Assembly (NCBI RefSeq): GCF_035594765.1 | Contig: NC_085846.1 | Coordinates: 30,491,190-30,555,189, forward strand | Source of the DNA: Anolis carolinensis | Taxonomy: Eukaryota | DNA: 64,000 nt | Direction of reading: 5' to 3' | Shown here: piece after piece, positions 1 to 13,308 of the stretch | How the letters are laid out: each line of letters opens with the position of its first letter | Numbering within the stretch: position 1 is the stretch's first letter | The notes under the pieces: generated by a model | Told to the model about the DNA's origin: nothing | The model's input: only the letters and a program-made list of their open reading frames with translations | Database searches by the model: none | Position numbers and translations under genes: made by a program

Positions 1-58
1 TCCATTTTCATGTGCAAGCTGGCCCACCCCCATGAGGATGTACCAGGAGACTGTAGAG

Positions 59-467
59 CAGTGGTTCCCATCCTTTTTTTTTTTTAAACCAGGAACCACT
101 TTGACCAGGGACCACATTCGAACATTAGTACCAAAAGGATTACAAATCAGTTTTTGATCAACTTTAGATTCAGTTTGGTTATTTGGGGTGCTGATGAGAA
201 AATTGTATTGGATAGACCACATCAGCTCTAGTTTCTGATACAAAACATATGCCATCCAGTAGTCGCCATCTGCTTGCTCACAGAAAACCATATTTAATAA
301 TCTAGAGTTGATGTGGTCTATCCAATGCAGTTTTCTCATCAGCACCCCAAATAACCAAATAATCTGTGGACAGGAGCGGAGATAAAACAAATAAATACAT
401 AAAGAGGAAGGAGGTTTGCGGACTGGATTTTTGTTCTGAGCCGCGGCCCATGGATTGGGAACCACTG
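59..467. mobile_element. Non-autonomous hAT transposon
   Basis: TIRs CAGTGGTTCCCA...TGGGAACCACTG; perfect 8-bp TSD CTGTAGAG (51-58, 468-475); internal ~57-bp inverted repeat. Confidence 0.9.
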
Positions 468-568
468 CTGTAGAGAGTGTTGTGATTCTCTCTTCTACTC
501 CACACACACATCCTGGCATTTAAAATAAAGAGAGGGAAACCCGCTGTTACAGTGCTCATTCAAAAGGT

Positions 569-570
<2 letters not shown>

Positions 571-607
<37 letters not shown>
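571..607. repeat. (CA)n microsatellite
   Basis: Direct reading. Confidence 0.95.
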
Positions 608-609
<2 letters not shown>

Positions 610-1430
610 CTGAATGGTCTTGCAAGAGTAGTAACAGGCATTTTTGGCACAAACATACTTAAAACTTCCTGTGCACATGGGTTCCTTAGCATCCAGATGG
701 CAGTGCTGAAATTGTTCCCTAAAAGTAGAATGTTTCAAATTCAGGCCTTTTTTTTAAAACAATACTTAACTAATTCATTGTTGGAAGAAGGCTGCAAGAC
801 AGGTTGTTATTATTCCCAAGGTATTAGTACAATGCAAAGTTACATTGGTTTTATGACACTTTAATGTCGTTCTCGGCAAGTGATTAATCTTCTCCATTAA
901 GGGTGATGAAAGAATCCCCAGGTTCCTTCCATCCCTGAACTACGGTTCCCGGGGATGAATAATTATTATGAAAGATTAACCCCCTTCTCCCAACTCCCAA
1001 GGACAGACCAAGACAAGTTGCTGCCTCAAAAGGAACAGTCAGGTGGAAACTCCCTCCCCTGTGTGTGCAAACCCAAAGCAGGCACACAAGCCAAACGAGT
1101 TCCTTTGGCACATGAAGCACAAAATCACACACCTCCTCCCATCCTAGGTATTAAAATACAATTGTAAAATAATGATTATTTTTCCTTTCACAATGCCTTT
1201 AAATCACTTCACTCTGCCATAGGTTAACCCAACTGGTTGCCCCTGCTGACCCCTCACCTTGGTTTTCAGATGAGAAACCACGGTTGAGAGGCTCAGTTTA
1301 TCAGGTCTACATGTTCTCTTCCCTAAAGGACTTTTTAAACATTAACATTCTGTGCCACAAAAAACAGAAGCTCAGCATCTCTATTAATTAAAATAAAAAC
1401 CTCGTTTGCAATTTTGGAAAGATGATGAGA

Positions 1431-2347
1431 ATCAAGTTTGCAGACGACACAAAACTGGGAGGGATAGCTAACACTCCAGAAGACAGGAGCAGAATTCAAA
1501 ACGATCTTGACAGACTAGAGAGATGGGCCGAAACTAACAAAATGAAGTTCAACAGGGACAAATGCAAGATACTTCATTTCGGCAGAAAAAATGGAAATCA
1601 AAGATACAGAATGGGGGACGCCTGGCTTGACAGCAGTGTGTGCGAAAAAGACCTTGGAGTCCTCGTGGACAACAAGTTAAACATGAGCCAACAATGTGAT
1701 GCAGCAGCTAAAAAAGCCAACGGGATTCTGGCCTGCATCAATAGGGGAATAGCGTCTAGATCCAGGGAAGTCCTGCTCCCCCTCTATTCTGCCTTGGTCA
1801 GACCACAACTGGAATACTGTGTCCAATTTTGGGCACCACAGTTGAAGGGAGATGTTGACAAGCTGGAAAGCGTCCAGAGGAGGGCGACTAAAATGATTAA
1901 GGGTCTGGAGAACAAGCCCTATGAGGAGCGGCTTAAAGAGCTTGGCATGTTTAGCCTGCAGAAGAGAAGGCTGAGAGGAGACATGATAGCCATGTACAAA
2001 TACGTGAAGGGAAGTCATAAGGAGGAGGGAGCAAGCTTGTTTTCTGCTGCCCTGCAGACTAGGACACGGAACAATGGCTTCAAACTACAGGAAAGGAGAT
2101 TCCACCTGAACATCAGGAAGAACTTCCTCACTGTGAGGGCTGTTCGACAGTGGAACTCTCTCCCCCGGGCTGTGGTGGAGGCTCCTTCTTTGGAGGCTTT
2201 TAAGCAGAGGCTGGATGGCCATCTGTCGGGGGTGCTTTGAATGCGATTTCCTGCTTCTTGGCAGGGGGTTGGACTGGATGGCCCATGAGGTCTCTTCCAA
2301 CTCTACTATTCTATGATTCTATGATTCTATGATTCTATGATTCTATG
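1431..2347 (+). mobile_element. 5'-truncated young CR1 LINE (RT C-terminus + 3'UTR)
   Basis: Open frame [11 protein letters not shown]...[12 protein letters not shown]1 3'UTR, (ATTCTATG)n tail; GAATC at both junctions. Confidence 0.95.
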
Positions 2348-2694
2348 AATCCATGCTATGCATTTGTTCAAAAATTATTGCATTAATGCAGATGCAGAAT
2401 TAATCTTTGCAAATGGGGGGGGTGTCACGTCACATTTGCCCCCTCCTTACCACAACAAGAGAGAACAAGAGCAATAAACTGGAATGGATTTGGGAAGGGA
2501 GGAAGAAGAGAGGGGGCTCCCTGTCTGCTAAGGAGCAACAGCAGCATGGCTGTGTTTAAGCATGACATTTGCCTCCAGCTGGCTTCTTAATGAGTTTGAA
2601 TTAGCATCAGTCTTTGACTGTTGAGTATCTCAAGACATCCAGGGTTGCCCTATAAAGGTTATGTATCAAGGAACAGAGAGCCCAAATACTCCAA

Positions 2695-2885
2695 AGACAC
2701 CAGATCCCATCGGATTCTGGAAGGTAAGTGGTGTCAATCCTAATTAGTACTTAGATGTGAGACTGCCAACATATACCAGATATTGTAGGTTAGATCTGAG
2801 AGACTGGAACTGGCGAAATGACCTCTTATTCTTTTCTAAGAAAACCCAATAAAAATCATATGGTCACCATTAGTCAACAGACAAA
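2695..2885 (+). mobile_element. Degenerate 5S rRNA-derived SINE
   Basis: 2695-2790 aligns by eye to 5S rRNA (…ttagtacttagatgtgagactgcc…ataccag…tgtagg), followed by a non-5S tail. Confidence 0.65.
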
Positions 2886-3135
2886 AGAGAAGGTAGATAC
2901 ACACACGCATCAAGCAATAGTCTTCGTAAAGCAGAATGCTGGCAAATGGTTGGTATCTGGCTCAAAAAAACTCATTGTGAAAAACTCATGTAGAATATTT
3001 GAAGGAGAATACGATTAGGAAGATTTCAAGGCTTAGCAGCCAGTGGCTAGCTTCTGCCTCTTTTCTTGTTTATAAGTGTAGATGGTTTACATGAATGTTG
3101 TGTGTCCTCTCCCCACCCTTATGTAAGTACTTAAC

Positions 3136-3385
3136 TTTTTTTGTGTCGGTAGCAACTTGAGAAACTGCAAGTCGCTCTTTGTGTGAGAGAATTGGCTGTC
3201 TGAAAGGATATTGCCCAGGGGACAATGTTTTTACCATCCTGTGGGAAGCTTCTCTCATATCCTCGCATGGGAAGCTGGAGCTGACAGATGGGAGCTCACC
3301 CCGCTCCCCAGATTCTAATCGCCGACCTTTCAGTCAGCAGTTCTGCTGGCACAAGGATTTAACCCATTGCGCTATCAGGGGCTCC
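3136..3385 (-). mobile_element. tRNA-headed Vingi-partner SINE (Anolis SINE2-like)
   Basis: Same family as 60172-60414; A/B-box head, Vingi 5'UTR-derived body, A-rich tail. Confidence 0.85.
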
Positions 3386-3499
3386 TAGTACTTAGCTGAT
3401 ACACCTGCTATTGTCATATAAATCAGCATGTTATATAGATGTAGGAGAAATAATATTGACCATAACTTACATAGCAAGGTGTGTTTTGGAGGGTTACTT

Positions 3500-3655
3500 T
3501 TGCATTATACTAAATGTCCTCTGACAAGTAGCTGGCCACTTGGAGTGCCTCTGGTGTTGCTATAAGAAGGTCCTCCATTCTGCATGTGGCAGGGCTTAGA
3601 CTGCATTGTAATAGGTGGTCTGTGGTTTGCTCTTCCCCACACTCACATGTCGGAG
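3500..3655 (-). mobile_element. Vingi LINE 3' ORF fragment
   Basis: Minus strand encodes CECGEEQTTDHLLQC zinc-knuckle C-terminus; homologous to 41600-41760. Confidence 0.75.
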
Positions 3656-6600
3656 GCACAGTATTAACTTTTATTTAGAAAGAAACCATCCTCTTCTCTG
3701 AGTATAGCAGCTGTAGGCGATAGCATCGTCCATCCTGGAAGAACCTAAAAGTATTACTTCAACTCTCTTGGTGTTCCTTTGAAGGGAAGCAACAAAGAGT
3801 CACCACTGCTTGCTCAATTTTTCCACTCAGGCATTCAAAAAGGCCGGAAGCAATACTGTGGCAGAGATAGAGATGGGGGTCAATGCTTCTTTTAGGTTCT
3901 CCTGGGACAGACAAGGGTCTCTCTTTTCGCCACTCTACCCAGAAAAGGGGATAGTTGCTATTTTGGTAAAGTTAAGGTACAGTATCTCCCCTGACCCATG
4001 GATGAGTCAACCCACATTTTTAGATTGATTTTTGACTAATGTTTTTAGTTTCATAATGCGTACACGAGGTATATAGTAGGTTAAAAAAGAAAAAAAATCA
4101 TCAAATGCATTTTGGAAGATGTTGTCAAGTACACAGTGGAGATTGCTTAGTACCCTAAATAAGTAGATGAGTATGTTTATTTAGTATATAAACTTTTCAT
4201 TTCCATAAAATATTGCTCTAGGCTGAATGTTAATGAACCTTTAAAGGATGATGAGAGTAATCAGGTTAAAGTATATAATATAAGGGCCACATATATGTTG
4301 GGATTTCAGCTCATGCAACAACATTCTGATACACACAACCATGAGTAATACAAGTTGGTTGAACATAGGATCTGCAAGATCTCCAGTACTGTGGTCTCTA
4401 AGTGGGATTAAACCAATAACTCACCAAGCACATAACTCACCAAGCACAATGTATGCATACTGTTAGCTAGCGTTTGGTGGGTCATGGTAAGAATTATGAA
4501 GATAATACCAGTGAAATGAATGTAAGTGTTCTGTATCCTTCTACTATTACTCTTCAATAGTACTGGAAATAATGATGGTAGAAGATTTCCTTATTATATA
4601 TACAGAACACAAGAAGATTACTGTTTCATTTGGGTTGGAGGATTCTTGAAGTTGTTGTCTGAACAAGTAATTCTTCCAAGTCCTGCCTCATATCGTCCTG
4701 CTCAAGGCTTGAAGATGCAAAAGAGTGACAACAGAGATATTGCAGATGGAACCAACATACAGAGCTCCATTTCACCATGAATTATTAGAAGATGTTAAAT
4801 GCTTTACACCGATTCTTAAAAACCCAAGTCCTTCCATGACTTAATGATAGTGATTCTCAACCTTTGATCCTTCAGATGTTTTGAATTTCTGCTTCCAGAA
4901 TTCTTGGGTATTATCTGTGCTTCTGCAAGCTGTGTCTGGAAAACAGAAAGTTGTGTAACACTGGCCAAGGAGTTTACAGTCTGTAGTTCAACAGTGGGAG
5001 AGAAGTAAAGACAAATGGTGAATGTCAGTAACTACGAAGAGAACTCCAAATCACAAAGTTGCATTTTACGCACCTGCCATCTCACAGTTGGCATGAGTGA
5101 ACTGAGGTTAAGATTACAGGCCAATATATTTTTCTCAGTATGCTTCCATTGCTCAGCAAGAAACCAGGTATTTCTCAAAGATGGCATCTCTAGTCATACC
5201 CTTTGTCTCTCCATAGTTGCCATTTGTTTTCTGTCAAGTTGGACATAATGCCACTCAGCAGACCTTCGGATGCAGGAGGTATGTTCTCCATAGAGACCCA
5301 AAGCACAGAGCTTTTCTGTCCTAGGTATTGCAAAATGTGCTTTTTAATAAAACACCTCGAGGCATATGGTCTCTGGATTTTGGCTGTGAGCGCAATCTGC
5401 TTGGCTAAAAATAACTGGCATGCATAATGCACTTGGTGGTGACACCTTCTGTTACTCATAGAGCCAAAAATCGCAGCTTTGCTGCACAAAGTGACTTGAA
5501 GTGCAGAAGAAGCAAGGCTGGCTGCTGCTCTTATCTTATTGTTTGACTTCATAGTTTGGAAACAACTGGGAGAAGGAAGATTTTGCATTCCCCCCCCCCC
5601 CCCGCCAAATTAACTCTCACATCCAGCCATGACCTCCTATCAGAACATCTTTTAAAAATTGTTGCCCTCCTGCCAAAGTAGTTGGAAACTCAGGCTTCCT
5701 GTCTCAGAAGACTGCATGCCATCTATCCAGGGTGCCTGTCTTCAAAGGGCAGGAAAATTGCATTTCTCACACAGTTGAAAGACCACTCTTTAGAATTGTC
5801 TGAAACAGATGACATCTTACCTATAATTTGCCAAAATGCTGCAAATAGAGAAGCAAAGAGGGAGGAAAAGAGGCAATTCCTAACCACCCACACTTCACCA
5901 TGTTGTCAGGGTATGTCTCGAAAGCACCTGCCTTGGCTACAGGCCACATTTCCTTCTGAACAAACCTCAAATTGCTCTCCATGGGAGATGTCTGAAACTG
6001 TTCTTTACCATCTCTTAATTTTCTAAAAAGACTTGTTCTATAGACCAAGCCTGTCTAAAAACAAATATGCCTGATCAGACCTTCATTAGCTTTACAATTA
6101 GCCATAACGCCAGGTGGTGATGATGTTGTCTAGCAAATTACAATCTTCTTCAAGCTTCCTCTAGTAATTTGTTTATCTATAATCCTGTTTCCTTATTGTA
6201 TGTATGTTCTGATATGCAGCTTTCTTTCTTTGCTCTATGTTTTCCTGAGAAGTTGTGGGAGTGGCTGCAGACCACATGATCTGCTCTGGGACGAGCACAG
6301 AGCACAGATGTTTTTAGAGCCCAGATCGCAGACTTGCAAACACTTTCCCGCTGTTTATTGTAAGAGAGGTGTTCTGAGCGGATGGCACAAAAACCATCTC
6401 AGACATATCTGTAACTGACTGATAAATTGTGTACCTGTGTGTGCTGAACACATGAAGGTCATGAGTAAACCAAATGTTATTTTTACCAAAGTCTACTTTA
6501 GTTTGTCTCTTGAGTGCATAAGATAAAACAAGTTGTTTCATGGGAGAGTTAATATTTTTTGGGCACTGAAAACACTTCTGAAGAACTGTTATTTTTTATG

Positions 6601-7543
6601 CACTGGCATATTCTCTGTTTCCTAACAGATCAGAGACAACAGGCCATTCAGTCTAACAACTGAAACCAAATGGCCTTACATTTGGTCGTATACCACTTGA
6701 AAAGATTCTACTCAAATGGGTTTTTGGCTTTTCTCTAAAAGGTTATGCTGTCTAAAGGGTAATGCTTTTTTTAAAAAAAAACAGCAGGCCTCCCCTTGGG
6801 TTTTCTTATCAAGAAATTCCAAGAGTACTCCTACCATTCTGCTGTCAGCTGAAACTGGAGTGTCACCAGTTGAAATGAGAGCTCATTTGTATATTTCCAA
6901 TTACCAAGTTGAAATTCATGGCATGGAAAATAAAAAAATATCAAAACTGTATTTTTAAAGGGAGAAGTCCCTTGTGGTTCTACAAAAGGAGAGATGGCTT
7001 TAAAAGACACTCCAAGTGATCTAAGTCTTTCAATATGCTTAGACACAGTGCTATCATCTCAAACCACTAACTGCTAAAGACAAATTTAAAACCAGATTGG
7101 AGTAGCAGGAATGTGCCATAACAGATTTGAAAGGAATCTGTGGTTATGTTAACTCAGTCCCATGCTGAGGCAATTAATAAGTGGTGTCATGCTGAATGTT
7201 GATTTTTATTGCAGAAACTGCCTTGGGGTGGAGGTGAAAATTGCCTTATAGCCTCTACTCAAATCTCTAACCTCTTTGCTACCATTTTGTGTTACCTGAA
7301 AGGATTTATTGCTTGGTGATTCCAGTCAGTCATGTATCTTGTGAGTTAATATGATGCATAGATCTGAAATGATCGCTTGAAAAATGCCTTTACTTTTATG
7401 ATCCCAGTACCCTTGCCTGGGTTCAGTTGAGCAGAGCTGCCAAGAGATAGTTGGAACTGAATGGGGAGAGAGGAGTATACATTCCACTGGAAGTAAGGCA
7501 TAGATGGAAAGCTTCTGCATCTCACATGTGCGTCTATTTAGAT

Positions 7544-7678
7544 CAGTGGTTCCCAACCTTTGGACCTCCAAGTGTTTTGGACTTTGGCTCCCACAATTAC
7601 TAACAGCTGGTAAACTGTCTGGGATTTCTGGGAGTTGAAGTCCAAAACACCTGGAGAACCAAAGGTTGGAAACCACTG
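7544..7678. mobile_element. ~135-bp palindromic hAT MITE
   Basis: CAGTGGTTCCCAACC...GGTTGGAAACCACTG; degenerate TSD; family of 34988, 52711, 53480. Confidence 0.85.
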
Positions 7679-7864
7679 GTTTAGTTGCTCGTGGTTTTCT
7701 GTAAGGTGTCCAGATTAACATTTATATGCTCATTGCCTTCACTTTCTCTTTCATTAGACCCAAGAGAATTGGGAGGGAAGGGATACCAATACAGTTTATT
7801 GTTCTCTTGAGAAAAAGGAGATAAGAGCGCTGAAAAATCTAGGCTCTAGCCCCACAGAGCCAGT

Positions 7865-8030
7865 GATACAGTGCTTAGAGTACTGCCTTAGGAATTTAGA
7901 GAGCTGGGTTCATATTCCTTGTCAGTCATAAAGCTTACTGGGTGACCGTAGGGCAGTCATTCACATTGAAGTTTTGTTGTAAGAATAAAATGGGGTGAAT
8001 GATAGAACTATGTTATTGAGCTCACTGAAT
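7865..8030 (+). mobile_element. Old CORE/MIR-like SINE fragment
   Basis: tRNA-like head, ctgggtgaccgtagggcagtca core and gttgtaagaataaaatggg tail. Confidence 0.5.
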
Positions 8031-8031
8031 T

Positions 8032-9407
8032 GCCGACACCAAATTGGGAAGGAAAGCTAACGCTCCAGAAAACAGAATTCAAAACGATCTTAACAGATTA
8101 GAGAGATGGGCTGAAACGAACAAAATGAAGCTCAACAGGGATAAATGCAAGATACTCCACTTAGGCAGAAAAAATGGAATGCAAAGATATAGAATGGGGG
8201 AATGACTGGTTTGACAGCAGTACGTGTGAAAAAGATCTTGGAGTCCTCGTGGGCAACAAGTTAAACATGAGCCAACAATGTGATGCGGCGGCAAAAAAAG
8301 CCAATAGGATTTTGGCTTGCATAAATAGGAGTAAATAGTGAAGTGATATCACACTAGCCATGAAAGTTTGCATAGTTAAAGCAATGGTATTTCCTATAGT
8401 AACCTATGGATGCAAGAGCCGGACCATAAGGAAGGCTGAGCAAAGGAAGATCAATGCTTTTGAACTGTGGCATTGGAGGAAAATTCTGAGAGTGCCTAGA
8501 CCGCAAGAAGATCAAACCAGTCCATAATCCAGGATATAATGCCCGACTGCTCACTGGAGGGAAGGATATTAGAGGCAAAGATGAAGTACTTTGGCCACAT
8601 AATGAGATGACAGGAAAGCTTGGAGGAGATAATGATGCTGGGGAAAATGAAAGGAGAAAGGAAGAGGGGCCGACCAAGGGCATGATGCATGGATGGATGG
8701 TATCCTTGAAGTGACTGTCTTGACCTTGAAGGAGCTGGGGGTGGTGACAGTTGACAGGGAGCTCTGATGTGGGCCGGTCCATGAGGTCACAAAGAGTCGG
8801 AAGCAACTGAATGAATAAACAACAACAAATAGGAGTCTAGTGTCTAGATCCAAGGAAGTCATGCTATCCCTGTAGTCTGCCTTGGTCAGACTACACCTGG
8901 AATACTCTGTCCAAATCTGGGCACTGCAATTGAAGGGAGATGTTGACAAGCTGGAATGTGTCCAGAGGAGGGCAACTAAAATCAAGGGTCTGGAGAAAAA
9001 GCCGTATGAAGAGCAGTTTAAAGAGCTGTGCCTGTTTAGCCTGCAGAAGAGAAGGCTGAGAGGAGACATGATGGCCATATATAAATATGTGAGGGGAAGT
9101 CATAGGGAGGAAGAAGCAAGCTTGTTTTTTTTTCTGCTTTGAAGACTAGGATGCGGAACAATTGCATCTTCAAAACTACAGGAAAGGAGATTCCACTTGA
9201 ACATAAGGAATAACGTTCTCACTGTGAGAGCTGCTCAGCAGTGGAACTCTCTGCCCCAGACTGTGTTAGAGGCTCCTTCTTTGGAGGTTTTTAAGCAGAG
9301 GCTGGATGGCCATCTGTCAGGGGTGCTTTGAATATGATTTTCCTGCTTCTTGGCAGGGGGTCAGACTGGATGGCCCATGAGGTTTCTTCCAACTCTATGA
9401 TTCTATG
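8032..9407 (+). mobile_element. Decayed CR1 LINE interrupted by a BovB insertion
   Basis: Homologous to 1431-2347, with frameshifts; ATTCTATG tail at ~9400. Confidence 0.92.
8333..8826 (+). mobile_element. RTE-BovB 3' fragment nested in CR1
   Basis: BovB C-terminal motifs (VKAMVFPIVTYGC, MKYFGHIMR); (AAC)n tail; 10-bp TSD AAATAGGAGT at 8323-8332 and 8827-8836. Confidence 0.92.
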
Positions 9408-10649
9408 AAGGAAAGGCAGGCTATGAGTGCAATGGATCAATCAGTCATTATCCAGATGGAGCTTTGAATCACCCTTAAATCCCACTAAAGCCCTCAGACA
9501 TCTCAATTTCCAATTTAAGATCTTTGAGGTACAGCCATCCATCTCTGTCTTGTCCTTTTCGTTTTACAAAGAGACCCTTTTCTGTTGCTTCCTTGTTTCT
9601 CAGGCTATTTTCCTCAGCTGACTAGCGGACAGGCTTTAATATTTATAGGTTTGCACACTGGAGAGCCATAATAACAGCATGAAAAAATAATGAAGGCAAG
9701 CTGTAATGATAAAATCTGCACATCTCTTAACAGGCACACTTTTGCCAAGCGAAGGGTGCCTGAGCGAAGGGTGTTTTCATTGCCCTTCAAAAATGCTCTC
9801 AGGGTGAAACTTGCAGCAGAAGAATGAGTCGAGATGCTTAAAGCATTGGTCAGACTCGACGAGGTTTCAAAGCCTGTTTTTATTGATCAGAGTGGCTCCC
9901 TATCAGGCTGAAAGCCCTTCCCCAAAAGAGATCCCACGGCTGCTAAAGGAGTTCACAGAAGCAGCAGGTTTCCAGAGAGATGGCTTGGCATTGTGTAAGC
10001 GGCCTTGGGGTTTTGTTTGTCTTTTTTTTAAAAAAAATAATAATCACGAATCCTATTTATCTTTGAGCTGTTGCTGTACTTTTGAGCAAGAAAGGGAAAG
10101 CTTGAAAAGGTTATGTATAATAGCCTGTCCTTTTTGCCACGTCTATAACAGTTTTTAAAAAGAAGTTTTTGGCAGCAGAAGTCTTGAGATGTAGCTCTCC
10201 CGCCATCCTTTTGCATCTCTCTATGCGTACCTACTCATTGCTCTATTTTGTGAGTGCACAGTTAAAATTATCCAAATAACACACAAGCTGGGTGACAAGA
10301 TTGCATTGATTTGCAGAGGGCTTTTTTAAAATGTGGGTATTTGTTGGCAGGATGTCAAGTAGAAATAGTACAATTGCTGGCGCAGCTTTGCCATCTGTGA
10401 CCCAGGGAGACAGCTGAGCTTTTTGAATAAGGCTGAGAAGTGAGGTGAAGTGAATTGGCGGTGAGACAGGATTGTTTCTTCGAATTCAGAAAAATACACC
10501 CTAAAAATCTATGTTACCACACAATATTCTGCAAAGGTCTGTTAGCTGGCTTTGCCTCTCAGAAGCCTAGGCTTGAGCTACATCTTGGAACTTTTAAGGA
10601 CTGGTCACAGCTTAGTGATCTTTGAAAAGAGTGGCAGATTATTACGGAT

Positions 10650-11079
10650 TGATGATGATAAATGGAAGCTCTTACATGTGCCCGTGATCCAGAGTCACCC
10701 GCAGAACAATAGCATGCCATTCAGGTTTGCAGAACAAACATACAGGAACTTTACTGATTCCAAGAGATAAAAAAACAGTAGTATTTACAGTGGTCCCTCT
10801 GATCACTTACAGAAGTCCACAGTCATAAATAATCCTTTCTCAGTCCACAAATCTGCTTCAGAGAAGAATACAGTCCTAGTTCTTCTCCCTCTATTTCTCA
10901 GCAGCAAACAGGCCTCAAAATAGCAAGGCCTCTCAATACTCGGTCGGCACGGAAAAAACTTGTCCAAACTGGTTCTACTGCAGCAGAACAGAAACAGTAT
11001 CAAAACAATCCCCAGGTCTTTGCAGACTTAGCCAATCAGCTTCATGCACTTCATTTTCCAGTTTGCGAACCATGACACA
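10650..11079 (-). repeat. Dispersed LTR-like repeat, copy 1 (copy 2 at 62300-63268)
   Basis: Clear homology between the two copies over ~430 bp; no TSD identified. Confidence 0.6.
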
Positions 11080-11311
11080 AATTACATTTTTGCAAGGAGT
11101 GGTGTAATAGCTGGTATGTTATAAGTACAGAAATAAGAACTTATATTCATGTGCAAAAGCTTCATTCGTTGCAAAGTCCACATCATATCCATACAACTGC
11201 TTCCTGGGCTGCACGCAAGAGTTCATTCCACTCCACATCGCAATGTCCTGAGCTTTAAATGGACTCTTTTCTCTAATCACTAATCGCCAATAAGAACAGA
11301 AATACTACTAC

Positions 11312-11315
11312 TAAT

Positions 11316-11348
<33 letters not shown>

Positions 11349-11600
11349 TTTATTTTTGTACCCCGCCTCCATCTCCCCGAAGGGACTCGGAGCACCTTAC
11401 ATGGGGACGTGCGTGAACAACATTGTTAAAATATAACATACTAAGTACATGCATAGTACATAGCAAGTACATAGACAATAATATAAAACAAGAGCATTAT
11501 AACAAAATATAAAACAACTATCAAACCAACCAGTAACCTGAAATAACTGTTAGTTCCTGGGCATGGGTGGATGGACTGGTGCAATAATTTTGAGGATACG
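11312..11600 (-). mobile_element. L2 LINE 3' end with (AAC)n tail microsatellite
   Basis: Reverse complement ends gagtcccttcggggagatggaggcggggtacaaaaataaa; related to 55570-55810 and 49870-50120. Confidence 0.7.
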
Positions 11601-12277
11601 GCTAATAGATAATGTGCATAGCCAGCAGTAGAGTTTGGGGTGGAGGGCAATGTGCAATGCAGCACAATATCTTTGTATAGAGGATAGTAATAAAGTGCAA
11701 GGATGAGATTTAATGTCCTGGTTGGGGTCAGATTGTCTAGGGAATTGTCTACTTTGATATGAATGGAGACTCCCTTCCCGTCCATGGTCACATTTCATGC
11801 CCAGACCAGAAGAAACAAGATGTTTGATGGGATGTTTGCATGTGTAATGTGACCTCATTCCTGCTTAGAGCAGAACGGTGAATTATAGTTAATTAATTCG
11901 GGAAGTCTTCATTTTTAGTGCACCAAGAAGGACACGAGAGGACAAGTGAAGGCAGGCAGAAGAGTCAGGTATTACCTTAGGCTGTCTTCGCTGCTTTATA
12001 ATTCAGATTATTAAATCAGATAATCCACATTATCTGATTTGATTTTGATTACACATGCAAACATCCCATAAATCCGAATTAAAATGAAAATGTGATACAG
12101 GTTTCACATCTCAGTGATTTCTGGCTTTTGACTGCGCTGCGGTTCCTAAACTGTTCATTAAGTGGAGGATAACTGTACTTGCTGGTTGAGTTCAGAACGA
12201 GAGGGAAAGCTGGAGAGGAGCTGCAGTTGCCAGGGATAAGGATCCCCACTGGATGCTTGAAACTTTTGGGACAGTGC

Positions 12278-12556
12278 CAGGGCCGTAGCCAGAAAAAAAT
12301 TTCGGGGGGGGGGGGGGTTGAAAATTTGGGGGGGGGGTTAACCCCTTGCACACACCCCTCCCCGCTACAAACCTGTCAATATCTGCTTGAGATAGTGCCT
12401 GGAGGAACACTTAATGTTTTGTGCTCATAGACTTAGCATGGGGATTTGGTTAACCAGTTAAAATTCATGAGTAAACCAGGTTTTTTTTATAACCTGAAAA
12501 ATTTCGGGGGGGGGGGGGGGGTTGAACCCCTAAAACTGCCCCCTTGCTACAGGCAT
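12278..12556. mobile_element. hAT-like non-autonomous element with duplicated poly-G subterminal blocks
   Basis: CAGGGCCGTAGC...GCTACAGGCAT ends; repeated aaaatttc(G)n ttgaa; no clean TSD. Confidence 0.55.
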
Positions 12557-13018
12557 AGGTGCATAGGTGTCTAATTTAATATGCTATTGTTATTAAATAT
12601 GTGTAGTCTCCTTTGGGAGAGATAAAGCGGGGTATAACAACAACAACAACAACAACAACAACGGGACTTAGATTGTAATAGTATTTGCAGTATTCTGTTT
12701 ATAGTTTGCCCCATGGAACTCAGAAAGAGGTACGCTAGCATGCTGATTTTAAATGCTAATTCATAATTCATTTAAAAGGGATTATGGGAGGAGGCAAAAA
12801 GGAGTATTTTAAAAGTTTGATCTCCATCCTGCGATCTGAAATCGTACATACTTTTCTACCTCTTCTAAGTTTATTCTGCTGTGCACATATAGTAGTGCCA
12901 TACGAACTGAGACATATGCCTAGATCCCTATGTAGCAGAATGAGCAGGAGCATCCCAAAGTACAGCATAATTGGCTCACCGCATTTTAAAGTAAAGCCTA
13001 TCTAAAATATCCTGCCTT

Positions 13019-13308
13019 CAGAGCCGGCCCTAGGTATTTTTCAAGTGTAGGCGAACAGAATTTTGCCCCCCCCCCCCCAAAAAAAAATCACTGAAAAATA
13101 AAAGCATTGGATAAGCGAAAATGTTGGATAATAAGGAGGGATTAAGGGAAAGCCTATTAAACATCAAATTACATTAAGATTTTACAAACTAAGCACCAAA
13201 ACATCATGTTTTACAACAAATCAACAGAAAAAGCAGTCTCGACTGCGTCCCTGTATGTTTTGCGCCACAGGTGACTGCCTAATTTGCCTCATTGTTGGAC
13301 CGCCTCTG
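13019..13308. mobile_element. Non-autonomous hAT element carrying a mariner/pogo MITE fragment
   Basis: Ends CAGAGCCGG...CCGCCTCTG; perfect TSD CCTGCCTT (13011-13018, 13309-13316). Confidence 0.85.

Noticed and set aside
1422-2240. 272-aa ORF as a host gene
   Set aside because: It is the RT C-terminus of a 5'-truncated CR1; the ATG comes from flanking DNA.
2695-2790. 5S rRNA gene
   Set aside because: Heavily diverged, incomplete and fused to a SINE tail.
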